Position numbers and translations under genes: made by a program. From assembly GCF_009914755.1 (NCBI RefSeq), contig NC_060947.1: 64,000 bases of DNA, one strand, 5' to 3'. Numbering within the stretch: the stretch's first letter is position 1; the number at the start of each line of letters is the position of its first letter. Under the pieces are notes generated by a model that made no database searches, was not told where the DNA came from, and saw only the letters and a list, made by a program, of their open reading frames with translations. Origin of the DNA: the human T2T-CHM13v2.0 reference genome, Homo sapiens. Positions 46,220-60,046 of this stretch are shown here, piece by piece.

Positions 46220-47010
46220 TGATACTGGTGAGGAGATTTCTTTGGAGAAATCTGTTGCCATGCTGTGAGTAACCCAACCTTTTGGAGGGGAGAGTGGGTT
46301 ATTACTGGTCCCTTGCCTAATGGGTGAGCTTCAAGGAGATCCTCACAATGCTTTGAAATGATCCTTGCAGTTGGAAGACATGGAGAAGGGGTGTCTGACC
46401 TATTTCTGGGAAAGTTAAATTGGATTGTGGACTAGGTTCTGACTCACCTGGGGAGTGTAGTGTGCAGAAGAGAGGCAGCGCCAGGAGGGGCTGCATAATG
46501 GGATCAATCCACATTTCCTAAATTAGATGGAACTCATCAGAGGGAAGCCGGAGTGGAATTCCTTTGAGTTCCCGGACATTCTGGGAACAGGACAGAACTA
46601 TACGCACCCAGTGGAATACAGACACTCTCCCTCATCCCCTGTGAAGGGGCTCAGCTGAAACCCACCAAGGAGCCCCGGAAAGCACCGAGAAAAAGGAGGC
46701 AACCTCTGCCCTCTGCAAGCTACCTAGGGACACAGAGGGACCTCTCTGTCCACATATTCAGGTAGGGAGGACTGAACTGAAACTGAAAATACGTAGAAGA
46801 CGTAATGTCAAGCCAGTTTTGAAGTATTGGCTATTATGTGGGACTGGATATTCCAATTCCTGAGACGAAACAGTTTTATGACCAAAAGTGGCTGGAGGAT
46901 AGTTTAGTTTTTTGAGTGTGACGATCTCTCCAAGTGTTTGAAATGGGTGGTCGGAGAGGATAATAAAGTTGTATGCTTGGTCAACATTCTGACTCTATAT
47001 TGTTTTCATA
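46220..47010 (+). mobile_element. Possible ancient LTR (MamGypLTR/LTR8x-like)
   Basis: GC-richer block with GGACTGGATATTCCAATT..GAGAC and AATAAA near its end; family recalled only loosely. Confidence 0.35.
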
Positions 47011-47643
47011 GAGGGTAAAACTATAAAGAAAAGCCAGAGAATGATACCAAAAAAATTGGGGAGATCATTTATGGTGGGCAGTAGAGTGAGTAGGATGGAA
47101 TTCAGGAGGCGGCACACCGGGGCTGTAGATGTGCTGATGACATTCTGTGACTCAAGGTGTTGGGTGCGGTGGCCAATGTATTGTGAGTCCTGATTCCCTG
47201 ATCATTTTTGCAAGTATTCAATAGTTAGTATAAAACAACACTTAAAGGGAAACCATAAAAAGCTAGAAGACAATATATGTGCCTATTTGATCAAAAAATC
47301 CTTTTAATTTTTCCACCCTATTTTCATGTCCCTTGATCTAAAATATACTTTTTATGCCATTAGCAGTCCAGGTTCCTGCTGCTTTTAGACTTTTGAAAAA
47401 GAAAAGGAAGGAATTTTTTTCTCTTCATGCCATTCTTTTGTACATCTCTGCCCCAGGCAATGAGCACATACCTGCTGAGTTTTTTGAAAGGGGGACAGCG
47501 TTGTGGTTGGGAAAGAGAGTATTTATGGGGAGGCTGAAAACTTCAGTAAAATTTCAAAAATATCCACAATTTTGATAGTGATGACCTCCAGATGGGCAAA
47601 TTACTGGTGACATTTTTTTAATGATGTCCTATTGGTTCCATGG

Positions 47644-47940
47644 TTTTATTTTTATTTTTTGAGATAGGGTCTCACTCTGTTGCCTAGGCTGGAGTGCAGT
47701 GGCACAATCTCAGCTCATTGCAACCTGTGCCTCCAGGCTCAAGCAGTCCTCTCACCTTGCTCTCCTGAGTAGCTGGGACTACAGGCACACACCACCACGC
47801 ACACTTAATTTTTGTATTTTTTGTAGAGATGGGGTTTTACCATGTTGTTGAGGCTGGTTTTGAACTCCTGGACTCAAGTGATCCACCCGCCTTGGCTTCC
47901 CAAAGTGCAGGGATTACAGGTGTGAGCCACTGCTCCTGCC
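47644..47940 (-). mobile_element. AluJ
   Basis: Antisense Alu; flanks GGTT(C/T)CATG. Confidence 0.92.
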
Positions 47941-49117
47941 GGTTTCATGCTTTTTATAATAAGAATGAACATCTTATGTAATAATAAATAAATAAACAGA
48001 AATTATTTGCTTTGGATGTAGCAAATGTAGATTTAGATTGTCCAGAGTCAGGAGCTAAGCCTCATTTTTTTTTGTTTTAGCTCAGTGTAGAGTGCATTGA
48101 AGGTGTCCTAAAAATAATTCCATATAGTAAGCCAACTTTAAACCCTGCTCACAGCCAGATCTGCCAAGTATGAGCCAGGTAAAATTACCAAAAAGGGTGG
48201 TTCTGACTGACTTCTTAACAATAACGTGGCTTACAAAGACTGATATGAAATAGTTGATCCAACCCAAACACTTTGCTCATTTCCCGAAATTTTCCATACA
48301 AACATATACAATGTACCACAACATAAAGATCATAATGAAAGGTTTGCCTTTTATTCCTTTAAATGACCATATGTTTAGATCTGATGTACTGACAGCGATA
48401 ATTCTCCATTAAGCAGAAACCTAATAAAATTTGAAAAATAGTGATTTTATATTTAGATGATACTCAGATCTTCTGCTACATATGTGGAAAATGGAATTAT
48501 TGCTAGAAACACTGTTTAAAGATTAGGGTATGAAAGGAGTATTAGGAAGTCAGGAGGTTCTTTCTTTAGGAAGCAGCTTATCTGGATTCATTCAAAGAGC
48601 TTTAGGCCAGTTTGAGGTCTTTCTGCAAAATGTAAATTGCTATATGAGAAACCATATATAGTCCAATGATGAAAGAATGCAAAGCCTTAGAAGCACAGGA
48701 GACAATTCCAGTATCTTCCCTAAAGTTCTGACAAAAAGGAAAATAACTATCAAATTATTCGACTCGAATGCTTATTATGTACGTATAAGTCAGTCGGCAG
48801 ATGAAGAGAGGAGGGAAATATGACTTCTACCCCTAGGGAACTCACAGTCTTGTGGGGGCCACTAGGGGTGGTGGTGTGACCTGCCTGGAGCAGCGCTAAG
48901 TATAGACTTGTGAGTCAAGGGCTATCAAAACCTAAGTAAACTGATGGCCATTCAGAGAAGGTAGAGTTCCATTCCACAGTTTCCAAGAAGGGCTGTTTCA
49001 TGGAGGAGGTCATATTGAACTAGACCTTTAAAAGTTGGTATAATTTAAAAGCAAGGATATGGAAGCAGGAAGAATGAAAGTGAGCAGAGGTACAGGAGTG
49101 AGGCAAGGGTGAGCAGT

Positions 49118-50325
49118 TTTAACTTTTTAATGGTGGTATTATAAAATACACATCAAAATTTGCCATATTATTATTATTATTATTATTATTTTGGAGACAG
49201 GGTCTGGCTCTGTTGCCCAGGCTGGAGTGCAGTAGCTCAATCATGGCTCACTGTAGCCTCCACCTCCTGGGCTCAAGCAATCCTCGTACCTCAGCCTCCT
49301 GAGTAGCTGGGACCACAAGCATGAACCACCACGCCCAACTAATTTTTATATTTTTGGGAGTGACGAGATCTTCCTATGTTGCCCAGGCTGGTCTCGAACT
49401 CCTGAACTCAAATGATCTTCCTGCCTTAGCCCCAAAGTGCTGGGACTACAGGTATGAGCCACTGCACCTGACCGCATCTTAAAAATTTTTAAGTGCACAG
49501 TTCAGAAATACATTTGCATTGTACAACCATCAGCGCCACCCATCTTCAGAGTATTTTTCATCTTGCAACAGGGAAAATTCATATCCATGAACACTAACTC
49601 CTCATTCTTCCTCCTCCCCACCCCGGGTAACCACTATTTCAGTGTCTCTATGATTTTGACTGCTCTAGGGACTTATATAAATGAGATCATACACTGTGTA
49701 TCTTTTTGTGACTGGCTTATTTCACTTAGCATAATGTCCTCAAGGTTCATCCATATTGTAACATATGTGAAAATTTTTTTCCTTTTGAAGGCTGAATAAT
49801 ATTTCATTGTATGGATAGACCACATTTTGTTTATCCATTAATCTATCCATGGACACTTGGGTTGCCTTCACTTTTTGGCTATTGTAAATAGTGCTGCCAT
49901 AAACGTTGAGGTACCAATATCTGTTTGGGTCTCTGCTTTCAATTATTTTGGGTTTATACACAGGAGTGGAATGGCCAAGTCATACAGTACCTCTAGTTTT
50001 AGTTTTCTGAGGAACCACCATAATGTTTTTCATAGTGGCTGCACCATTTTAATTCTTATGAATAGTGCAAAAGGGTTCCAATTTTTCCACAGTCTCATTA
50101 ACACATTATTTTCCGGGGTTTTTGCTTTGTGTTTGATAGTAGCCATTTAAATTGGCATAAGGTATAATTTCATTGTGGTTTACATTTTCATTTCCTTAAT
50201 GATTAGTGATATTGATCAATATTTTATATGCTTGCTGGCTACTTGTAAATCTTCTTTGGAGAAATGTTTATTCAGGTCCTCTGCCTATTTTTTTAAATTG
50301 GGTTGATTTTTTTTTGCTGCTGTTT
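49118..50325 (-). mobile_element. L1MB-type 3' region, interrupted by an Alu
   Basis: TTTTGTGACTGGCTTATTTCACTTAGCATAATGTCCTCAAGGTTCATCC, GGACACTTGGGTTG, TCTTCTTTGGAGAAATGT. Confidence 0.85.
49166..49473 (-). mobile_element. AluJ with (TTA)n tail
   Basis: Antisense Alu. Confidence 0.92.
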
Positions 50326-50760
50326 AGGTAGAGAAGGCAATCTTTGAATACCAGTGATGTTTCACTAATGCTGGGCCATTGATTTCACGAGAAGTTGTAT
50401 GAGGTATTAGAATGTGAGTTTGGTTTCAATCATGGCTGAGGTTGAGTGCCTTTTCCAAAATTCAATGTGAATTTCATCAGAAGCCACAAAGGGTCCAGGA
50501 GCAAGAACATGGTGTGACTGCTCTCTGCTAAAGAATTTCAGCCTGATGACAGCAGGCTATACATGAGACTGACACAAGAACAGGTGGAAAGGGAGACTTT
50601 CCACTGGAAAAAGGTGATTCTAACATGCAGAATCACTTTCAAGGAGCAAGTAAGCAGAAAAATAGATAATGGCACAGTGGCCAGGCAAGAAGACACTAGG
50701 TCCAGAATCTGAGGTTCAAATCCTGGCTCTGTGAGATAACAACATGCCTTGGTTTCCCCA

Positions 50761-51198
50761 TGCTACTGAAATGCCAGTGGTTGGGTCTAGGTCCCACTGC
50801 TCACTGCACAGAAAGCCAACCACTGAGACAATGAGCATTGCCAGGGAAGAATGCTTTATTTGGGTGCTGCAGCCAAGGAGGTGGGAGATCAGTCTTAAAT
50901 TCATCTCTCCAGCTGACTAAAATTGGAGGGTTTATATAGCTGGGAAGGGAGGTAGCTACCTGCAGGGAAAACAGCAATTAAGGAGGGGTAAGGAAGCAAT
51001 CATGATAAATGAGGAGTCTGGTGTCTCATTGTCTGATGGTGATGTGGTGAGTTTCAGTCTCTTGCCTGAAGGTCCGTTTCCTAACTCAGATGACTTACAA
51101 ATGTTAAGTTTCAAGTTTTAAGACCAGATGGGTCAATTTCTATGTTTATTCAAAAACCCTGTAAATATCAGTTCTATGTGGAACTTGAGCTGGTTTCC
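50761..51198 (-). mobile_element. Solo ERV1 LTR, MER66-like, inserted in a MIR
   Basis: Minus strand ..CATAGAACTGATATTTACAGGGTTTTTGAATAAACATAGAAATTGACCC; CCCA on both flanks. Confidence 0.7.
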
Positions 51199-51679
51199 CC
51201 CAGTTATCACAGTTAGGGTTAAATGATGCAATATAAGTAAAACACCAGCAGTGTCTGACACACACACAGAGTGCATGACACAAGTGGTGTGTTGGGACAA
51301 TATAGCTCAGTGAACTCCCTTTGTCTACTCAGTTATATTGAGCAATGAGGCATCTCTGAAGATGCCACTTTGCTACCTCTCCCCTGATAATTTCACCAGA
51401 TCCAGCCATATGAGCACTGCAAGTGGGGGCTTAGCTTAAATCATTCCTCATATTTCCCTTGCAGGCAAATCATTTGGCACCAAAACAGGCACAGAAGTCC
51501 AAGTCCTGCTGCCAGCTCCACGACTGATGGCACAGACAGACTTCAGGATTAGTCCTTTAATCTCTGTCCTCTATTAAATGAAGGTCATCATGCTGCTGCC
51601 TAATGTAAAAGGATTGTGGGGATTTTCATCATTCATTAACGATTATCTTATTCTTTGAAACCCCAAGAAAACTATATAA

Positions 51680-52029
<350 letters not shown>

Positions 52030-53502
52030 AAAAAAATTTTTTTTAATGCGCTCTCTTTTCCATATAATCCCAAGGTCGGTGAATCACCTCTAAGCCAGGT
52101 GTTTATTTTAGCTGATACTGCCTTAGTGTTGGCACAACTTAAATTTAGTTCAACTAATATTTGCATGATCTTTGCACAACACATAAACGCCCAGGAACAG
52201 GTGGTGCTCTTCGGTGGTCAACACCAGGGTGGGTGGCTATGGCAGGGCACATTCTTTCTCTATAGCCCAGGTCACTGGCATTCAAAGAAATATTTTTCAA
52301 TCTCTGATTTTTCTCTGGAAGTAGGAAAATGCTTCCCTAACTGCTTTACTTATAAGGGTGTTTCTTGCTAATTCTGTGCCCAGAGTAACTAATGGGGACA
52401 TAGACATAGACATCATTCAAATGGCATTTTCTCTTTACCATAACCCATGCTTTAAAATGAAATAAACCAAACCCATGCCTTAAGACAACAATCAAGAAAT
52501 ACATTCTGCCTAAGGAAAAGTCCTGCGTTTGAAGGTTTTTGTCCAAATAATCTGACATTGTGGTCATGAAACATTGAAAATAGCATTTGGAGCAGTAAGT
52601 TTAAAAAATTTAGAAGGACTAAAACTACTTGAATGCTTGTTGGGAGGTTTACAATGTAGTCAAACACCAGTTAAGCAAAAATAAAATTTACTACTTAACT
52701 ATTTACATTTTCTAATGTGTGGTTTCATGGAATTGTTGAGATAGAAGTAGACACTGAAATAGGAGTACTTAAAGTAATAAAACAAAGATTTTTATAAAGT
52801 CATTTCTGACCTAATTAAGAAAAATATAATCTCTATCACATATGAAATAAACATCTTTAGAAAAATGCAATGTCAAAGAAAACACTTGGAATGGCCAACA
52901 AATATCTACTACAGATAGAAATGAAAATATTTATGTTATGTAAATGTTGGGCATCAAATTGTCTCCGAAGTTGCCTTCTAGAGAACTTTCTTTAGTTGGT
53001 ATATTCTTCCTATGGATCAAAGGAATACAGTGTTATGATCATAAGTAATGAGGGACATGAGACAATTTTAAGGATTTTAGGAAAGTAGGGAAGCAGTGAA
53101 GTGAAGGGTAGGCAGATACTTCGGAGGGTAAAAAGTGTTTTTGATTCAAAAGAAAAGCTAAGGTAGTTTGAAGAAAACATGCATCATCTACTAGTTAATC
53201 TGAGGTACAACGAAGGTGGTGTTATTTTAACAGTGTTCAAAAAAGACCAATTAATTCTTCGGCCATACAGAAAGAATGGAAAGATTGCATAAAACAGATT
53301 CTGAGGAATACAAATCAATCTAGCAAGGAACTTTATGATGAAGGACCAATGTAAGCATAGAATGCACTGGGTTTTTTTTTAATTATTATTATTAGCAGCA
53401 TCATTGGTATGGTGATGTTACCTACTTTTGGAGTGGAGCTAGATATGAGAGAGCTGCATGTCCTTTGAAATTTATTTGGGGTAAATAGTGAACACAGTAT
53501 CT

Positions 53503-53620
53503 ATGACGAGTTAATGGGTGCAGCACACCAACATGGCACATGTATACATATGTAACAAACCTGCATGTTGTGCACATGTACCCTAGAACTTAAAGTATAA
53601 CAAAAAAACGAAAGAAAACT
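53503..53620 (+). mobile_element. L1PA (PA4-6-like) extreme 3' fragment
   Basis: GACGAGTTAATGGGTGCAGCACACCAACATGGCACATGTATACATATGTAACAAACCTGC..CTTAAAGTATAA plus A tail. Confidence 0.9.
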
Positions 53621-54139
53621 ATATCTAAATAAAAAAGAAAACATTCTAGAGGTGCAGAATTCAAGCTAGAAGAATTGTGTCCTTGGATGTCCCAAGGTCA
53701 AATTTTAATATGTCATTGAATGAAGGTTCCAATGTTTGGAATAATGAAAAAAGTCATATTGAATTTTGTCTTTGCTTTCCTCCCTCCCCAGTGTCTACCA
53801 AAAAGGCTGGGTAAACATTCATGCAAGTCAATACACTGTCACAGCCACAATTCGTCCCAGCAATCTTTCCTGGAATAGTCACTTAATACATATCTGGTGA
53901 GGACCCATTGGCACTTTTAGAGCAATCAGAAAACACCTCAAATTGCTCACATCTAGTGTAGGAGAAGGCTAATCCATCCCTGTTTCATGAAGCATCACTT
54001 CAATGTCCTGGAACAGTCATTCTACCCAAATCTTCTGTCCCTAGAGCCCAACACTCTCTGCATCTTCATCCATTCTTCACGGGGCTTGATTTCCAAGACT
54101 CTCTACCATCTTGGCCACACACCATGTTACACATTCACT

Positions 54140-54188
54140 ATGGACACTGCACCACTGTGGATGCTGCACCACTGCGGATGCTGTACCA
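54140..54188. repeat. 3 x 17-bp tandem repeat (RYGGAYRCTGYACCACT)
   Basis: ATGGACACTGCACCACT / GTGGATGCTGCACCACT / GCGGATGCTGTACCA. Confidence 0.8.
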
Positions 54189-54380
54189 AGAGTTCTGAAT
54201 CCAAGGGCAGATTGTTATGAACAGCCCCTTTAAAAGTCTTAAACTTGATACACTGGTCTGTCAGCAGATGTGCAGAGCCTCTTATGGGAGACACAATTTT
54301 TGACTCATGTGATTCAATGTCCATAAATCTTCATCCAAAAGATGCCCATAGAGACAAAGAGCAGAGTAAAGTCCTTGCAA

Positions 54381-54556
54381 CAGTGTTTCTCAAACTTAGC
54401 CACCCACCAGAACTGCCTGGGGAACTATAAAAGATACCCATGCTGAATCCCACCCACCACGATTCTGGTGTAATGCTATGGGGTGAGATCTGGACATCAG
54501 GATGTTTGGAATCTCCCCAGGCTCATTGAACATGCAACCAAGACTGAAGCCCACTG
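54381..54556. mobile_element. MER5A-like hAT MITE
   Basis: CAGTGTTTCTCAAACTT...GAAGCCCACTG inverted termini. Confidence 0.8.
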
Positions 54557-55216
54557 TCCTCAGTAATGTGCCCAGCCCGGCCTTCCTGGCATCCCCTCAT
54601 GGGTACAGGATGACAGTTTCTCACTCTGACCCTTTCCTTTATTCAATACAGCACAGCACAATCCAAGAGGGTGAGCACTGTTATGACAGAGAACCTGGAG
54701 TCGGACCTGATTAAATGTCTTCAACAAAACCAGTGCCAAGCCTTGGCCATTCAACTATCAATTACTACTTTCAACCCAGGTTCTAAAGGCTCTTCATTAG
54801 AAACATCTCGGGTTGGTAATGATTGGGGCAAATGTGCCCTTTGGATTTGATTGCTACCATGATTATTAATTAACCAAATTGTAGAGATATTGAGTACATT
54901 TCTCCCTCTTGTTTGTAAGAACCCATGAGAGACAAGGCCAATTGCAGACAATGGGGACGTCCTCATGATAGTGAGATGAACTGCCTAGCTATCTTCCAAT
55001 ATCGTTACTTCCCTCCAGTTTTGTTGCTTGCAAAACAACAGAATCTTCTCTCCATGAAATCATGGGTATCAGTTAGGAAGTAGCCCACTTGGTTCTGGAT
55101 TTCGTTTAGAGATTTAAGATAGTAACAGAGGGTGCAGGATGACGAACAGCATTTGTACACTGTGTCTGGTAGTGGAAAATACCCAACAGTGTACTGTATG
55201 CTGACTCTGTCATTTC

Positions 55217-55283
55217 CTGCCTTCTCTCCTCCTTTCTTCCCTCCCTCGCTCCCTCCCTCTCTCCCTCCCTCCTTCCTTCCCTC
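55217..55283. repeat. CT-rich (CCCT/CCTT) low-complexity tract
   Basis: Read directly from the sequence. Confidence 0.85.
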
Positions 55284-57378
55284 ATGAAAGCATAGCTCCT
55301 TTGCCATTCTTTCCTCCAGTCACAAGCCATCTACTTATGCACATCACCATGCTCATGCCATTACCAGGGGACTTTCTATCAGCATGAAGACATGAAAATG
55401 CCTGGGGAAGAAAAGGTGTGGGGAGCAGGCAGCACCCCTGCAACTGCCCGGTAGCATTTATACATTGCTCTTCCACCTTGGTTTCTATCCATGGCTTTCC
55501 TCGTCAGAGCATGTTCACTTTAACCTCCTCTAGAGCAATTTCTTGGATCCTTCAAGGGCTTGAGAACTAAACACAATTTCAAAAGAAACTGAGTAGGCAC
55601 CTACCTTCTGGAAACAACATCCATAGAAAAGACTTGATTGCTATGGTCTGATTTATGAACCTGTGGCTCATATCAAGATTAGCATTTGCACTAGCATTAA
55701 GGTATTTTCATTGAGATCATTTATGTTTTGAAATAAATACTACAACATCAAGGAACTGTATGAGTTGGAGAATAGAAGTGTGTATGATTTGTGTATATAA
55801 ACATGCACATCAAAGCATTTATTTATTTCAGAGAGTTGTATAACACCGTTAGAGTAAAAATTGAGTGATTCTCTTCTATTTCTGACCCTACTTCTAATGT
55901 CTTCTCTGTCCCTCTGTGCAAAACCATTTAAACCTTTTATCTTGGTTTCCTTTGTGAGAAAATGGGGATAATAGATACCCCTGAGCCATTCTGGAGACGT
56001 GTTTTGATGCCAGCCCAGTTATGTGATTATAGGAGAAAAAAGCTTTGAGCTTTTGGCACTTAGGTGCTACATAAATATTATTAGCAAGCTGCTGAGATTT
56101 TATCTTTGGAAACTAACAAGCATTTCTCTTCTAAAGCCTCATATCTTTAGCCCCTGGACACATGTTCCTGATAGCTCTCTCTTTACAGAGATCCCCTTGG
56201 CTCCACAAGGATAGAGAGTTCTTTGCTGAGAGAGTCACTGCCGCACGCTCAGATGAAAGGTATTCATTCTGCTTGGCAGAGTCATCGGTAGAGTAGCTGC
56301 TGATCCCAGCAAGGCAGGGTGGGTGATGGGAAGGGATTAGATTAGGAAGAAAAGGGATCCTCTTGTTCTCTCACTGAGGGGACTTTAAACCTGCAGAAGC
56401 ACATCAGTGAGCGGACTACGGGTAAGTGCCAATGTGCAAAGTCGATGGTGCACACGTTACAGGTTGGTGAGAGATGATGCCACTCAGACCTGAGTGCACC
56501 GTGGAACTCTCTTGACTTCTCTCTGCAAATGGGTTGCTCCTGGATGTATAGAGTTATTCTACAGGAGTCCTGCTCCTAACTCATCAGAAACGTAATGTCC
56601 TCTGTTGATCTCAAAGGCATTTTCTTCTGTTAAAAGTATTATCCATTCAGCAATATGGAGAAAGGTCATTTGTGAAAATAAAATAGAAATGTCTGATGGT
56701 AGTGGGGGTGGGGGGTGTAATTTCCTCCCTATGTGAGTAGCATTAAGTTCACTCTTAATTTTTTTCTTCATTTCTGTAATTGGAGACTGATTTATCAAGA
56801 GGATATAGAATTCAATGACTAATTCCATTAAATGCTTAAAGAATAAAATAAAGGTAGAACTCAAAAGGCTTATTCCTGATTAGTTTTCAAGATGTGTCTA
56901 GGCACAGGAAGTTAAAAATAATACCACAGTGAATGCTCTGACCCAGTGCTAACAAAAGCTTCTTTTTTTCGGTGAGACTTGGCATAGAAAAGCACACATG
57001 TCATTCAGCAGTCCTGAAAAATGATGACTGAGATTTGGACTGGTTTTCCAGGGAATAAAATTGAGTGACTTTTTAAAAAGTTCTACTCCTAGAATCCGGG
57101 ATCTAATCAATCCAATATCAACTTCAAGGGAATAGGCCAACAACCAGAGATGAAATTAGAAGAAAAATAATTAGAATAGCAAGCATAGGTTGGTTTTCCA
57201 TGCTATGATTCTGCAGCAAAGGTGGTAATTTGGGAATACTGATTTGGGGAATCTCTTGTCATGGGAATAAGTTGTCAGCTTTGCTGAGTGTCTCCGGTGA
57301 GCTAAAACTGATTAAAACAGAGTGCTGGCCCTGGTATGTAAGCTCTAATCTATACTCCATATCTACCACTAGCCATTT

Positions 57379-58136
57379 TGAAGGAGGAGAGTTCCCTGAT
57401 CCACCTCACAGGAAGTGCAACAGGCGTGTGGCTCGCCCGCTTGGTCGCTCAAACCCCTGATGGGAGATGGAGCACACAGATGGGCAGGTGCGGGGGCTGG
57501 AGTGAGTGCTTTGGGCTCCAGCCCCGCAGTAGTGTCTGGGGAGGGGGGGTGCCTGCAGCCTAAGGTTTACAATGCTCTTTTAGTCTTGCTGTCTGCAAAT
57601 GGCTTAAGTGTTAACCAGCTCAATAGACCCTCTGCCTTTTCACAAGGGCAGAGGGCCAGTGTGACAGCTTTCTGTATTCCCAGCTTTTGCCCAGTGTCCC
57701 AGAAGAATTGGGTCACACACACAGGCTTGAAGGATGAATGTGGGGTTTTACTGAATGGTGGAGGTGGCTCTCAGCAGGATGGATGGGGAGCTGGAAGGGG
57801 GAATGGAGTGAGAAGATGATCTTCCCCTGGAGTTTGGTCATCCAGCAGCCAAAATTCCCTCTGACCACCCCCAGTTTAACTCCTGGCATTCACACGTTCC
57901 TTCCCTTCTCTCTTTCTCTGCCGTGTCATCTGCCATTTGTCTGCTTGTCTCCTCATCTCCTCATCTGCTTCTGGAGCCTGGGGTTTGGGGTTTATATGGG
58001 TACAGGATAGGGGGACATGGCAGGCAAAAAGGCAACTTTTCCCACTTAGGGCCGCGGGTCTCCAGGCTTGAGGGTGGGGACTTTGCTGGGGAACTGCCTT
58101 CTTTACCCAGTATTTCCCTGTCTCCTGTCCATATCA
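57379..58136 (-). mobile_element. Solo ERV1 LTR, MER50/LTR9-like
   Basis: Minus strand starts TGATATGGACAGGAGACAGGGAAATACTGGG; TSD ATTT (57375-57378, 58137-58140). Confidence 0.82.
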
Positions 58137-59337
58137 ATTTCATGAATGTGTGGTCACAACATGAACCCAGAATTTGGAGGTTGGAAAGTAGGAGTGAATG
58201 CACTCAATCTACTAGGGTGCCAATTCGTAGCATCTAATTTGGTAATGATGAATTAGCAATAGAATCTTTTGGTAGGGGCAGACTTGGCGAATCTTCAAAT
58301 GTAGCAGGATTTTAAAACGAATCGAATACTATCTCTCAGTCAATACAATTACCTCCACCACTCCCCAGTTCCTAATTCAAGGGTTATATTTTCAGTAACT
58401 TTATGTATTCAAAACTGTATTAGATGCTAGAAATACAAAGATGAGTAAGACATTATTAATCTCTGTCCCTAAAAAGATGAAAACTAGTGTGGAAGACAGC
58501 CAAAAAATTAGAGATTAATCTTATCTAGAAAATTCTAGAAACAGAATGAAGCACAACAGAGGAGTATTTTAGGCAACCTCAAGGCATTTAACCCAACCTG
58601 GAGCCTTTAGTTAGGTTAGAATATGGCCAGGAACAGGAAGTCAAGATTCAACAAATTGCAACACTGCAATAATAACTAACATCACTTTTTAATAGTGTTT
58701 TCTAATATGAAATCAAAATCTGCCTTTGGATAACTTTTACTCACTCCCTGGTCTTGTTTCTGTTCTCTGGGATGACACAGAATATATCGAATTCACTCCT
58801 ACTCCGCTTAGTACTGAGAAGGCAAAAATTAAATAAGGCATTCCAAATTCTTGTCTGTATAGGGGCCAAGGGAAAGCTTCCCCTTCACGCTCTGAAGGTT
58901 TGCTGATAACCAACTAACAAAAGGAAGATTCACAGGAGAAAAAGCTTAAATATTTATTTGATCACAGTTGTATATGACATGAGAGCCTTTAGAATGAAGG
59001 CCCAAAGATACAGGGGAAACCGTCCATTTTTATGCCTAGGTTCAACAAAGTATGGACAGCCATGTAGAAATAGGGTTGGACAAAAAGGGCCTGATCTAAA
59101 GCTAATGGACTGAGTGTGGAAACCCAGCCAGGCCTGTCTGTCTAGATTCTTCTTGGCCTGTCTGAGCAGTGCTTCTTCCTTCTGGATGTGGGAAAAATTC
59201 ACCATATTCCTTAGGTCCCCTCAAAGGCCCCTCTATTCATTCTATTTCAGGAAGGGCGAGAGGACCAATGAATAACCAACTTTCTGGAACGGAGGTCTTA
59301 GGACCTACAGTCAAACAAAGTAGGTCAGATCATTTCT

Positions 59338-59642
59338 TCTTTTGTTTTCTCTTTTCAAGAGGCAGGGTCTGATTCTGTCACCCAGGGTAAAGTGCAGTGG
59401 CCTGATCCATGGTTCACCACAGCCTCAAATTCCTGGACTCAAGCAATCTGCCAGTCTCAGCCTCTCAAGTAGGTAGGACTACAGGTGCATGCCAACATAC
59501 CAGACTAATTTTTTAAAATGTTTGCAGAGATGGAGTCTTGCAATGTTACCCAGGCTGGTCTTAAACTCCTGGGCTCAAGCAATCCTCCTGCCTTGGCCTC
59601 CCAAAGTGTTGAAATTACAGATTTGAGCCACCACACCCAATC
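59338..59642 (-). mobile_element. AluJ inside the MER39 LTR
   Basis: TSD CAGAT(C/A)ATTTCT (59326-59337, 59643-59654). Confidence 0.92.
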
Positions 59643-59866
59643 CAGATAATTTCTGTATGGCCAGTTTTTACACAGGAAGGTAGAGGGAAAATTAGAGTCC
59701 GATTTTTAGGTTTTATGGCTGGCTTTGGGGAAAAGGGGTTCTGGTTTCTAGGACCCGTCATGGGGAAGAGGGATTCTAGTTTCTAAGGTGCCTCCAGGGA
59801 GAATGGGACTCAGAAACAGGAGGGCAGAAGAAGCTCTGAGAGAAAGTTTTGCTTCTGAGGCTCTTT

Positions 59867-60046
59867 CAGAAGGATTGCTTGAGCTCAGGAGTTCAAGACC
59901 AGCCCGGGTAACATTGCAAGACTCCATCTCTGCAAAAAATTAAAAAAAAAATAGCCTGGTATGTGGCATGTACCTGCAGTCCTAGCTACTTGAGAGGCTG
60001 AGGCGGGAGGACTGCTTGAAGCCAGGAGTTTAAGGTGTGGTGAACT
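59867..60046 (+). mobile_element. Internal AluJ fragment with no head and no tail, inside the MER39 LTR
   Basis: GGATTGCTTGAGCTCAGGAGTTCAAGACC..middle A-run..GCCAGGAGTTTAAGG. Confidence 0.85.
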
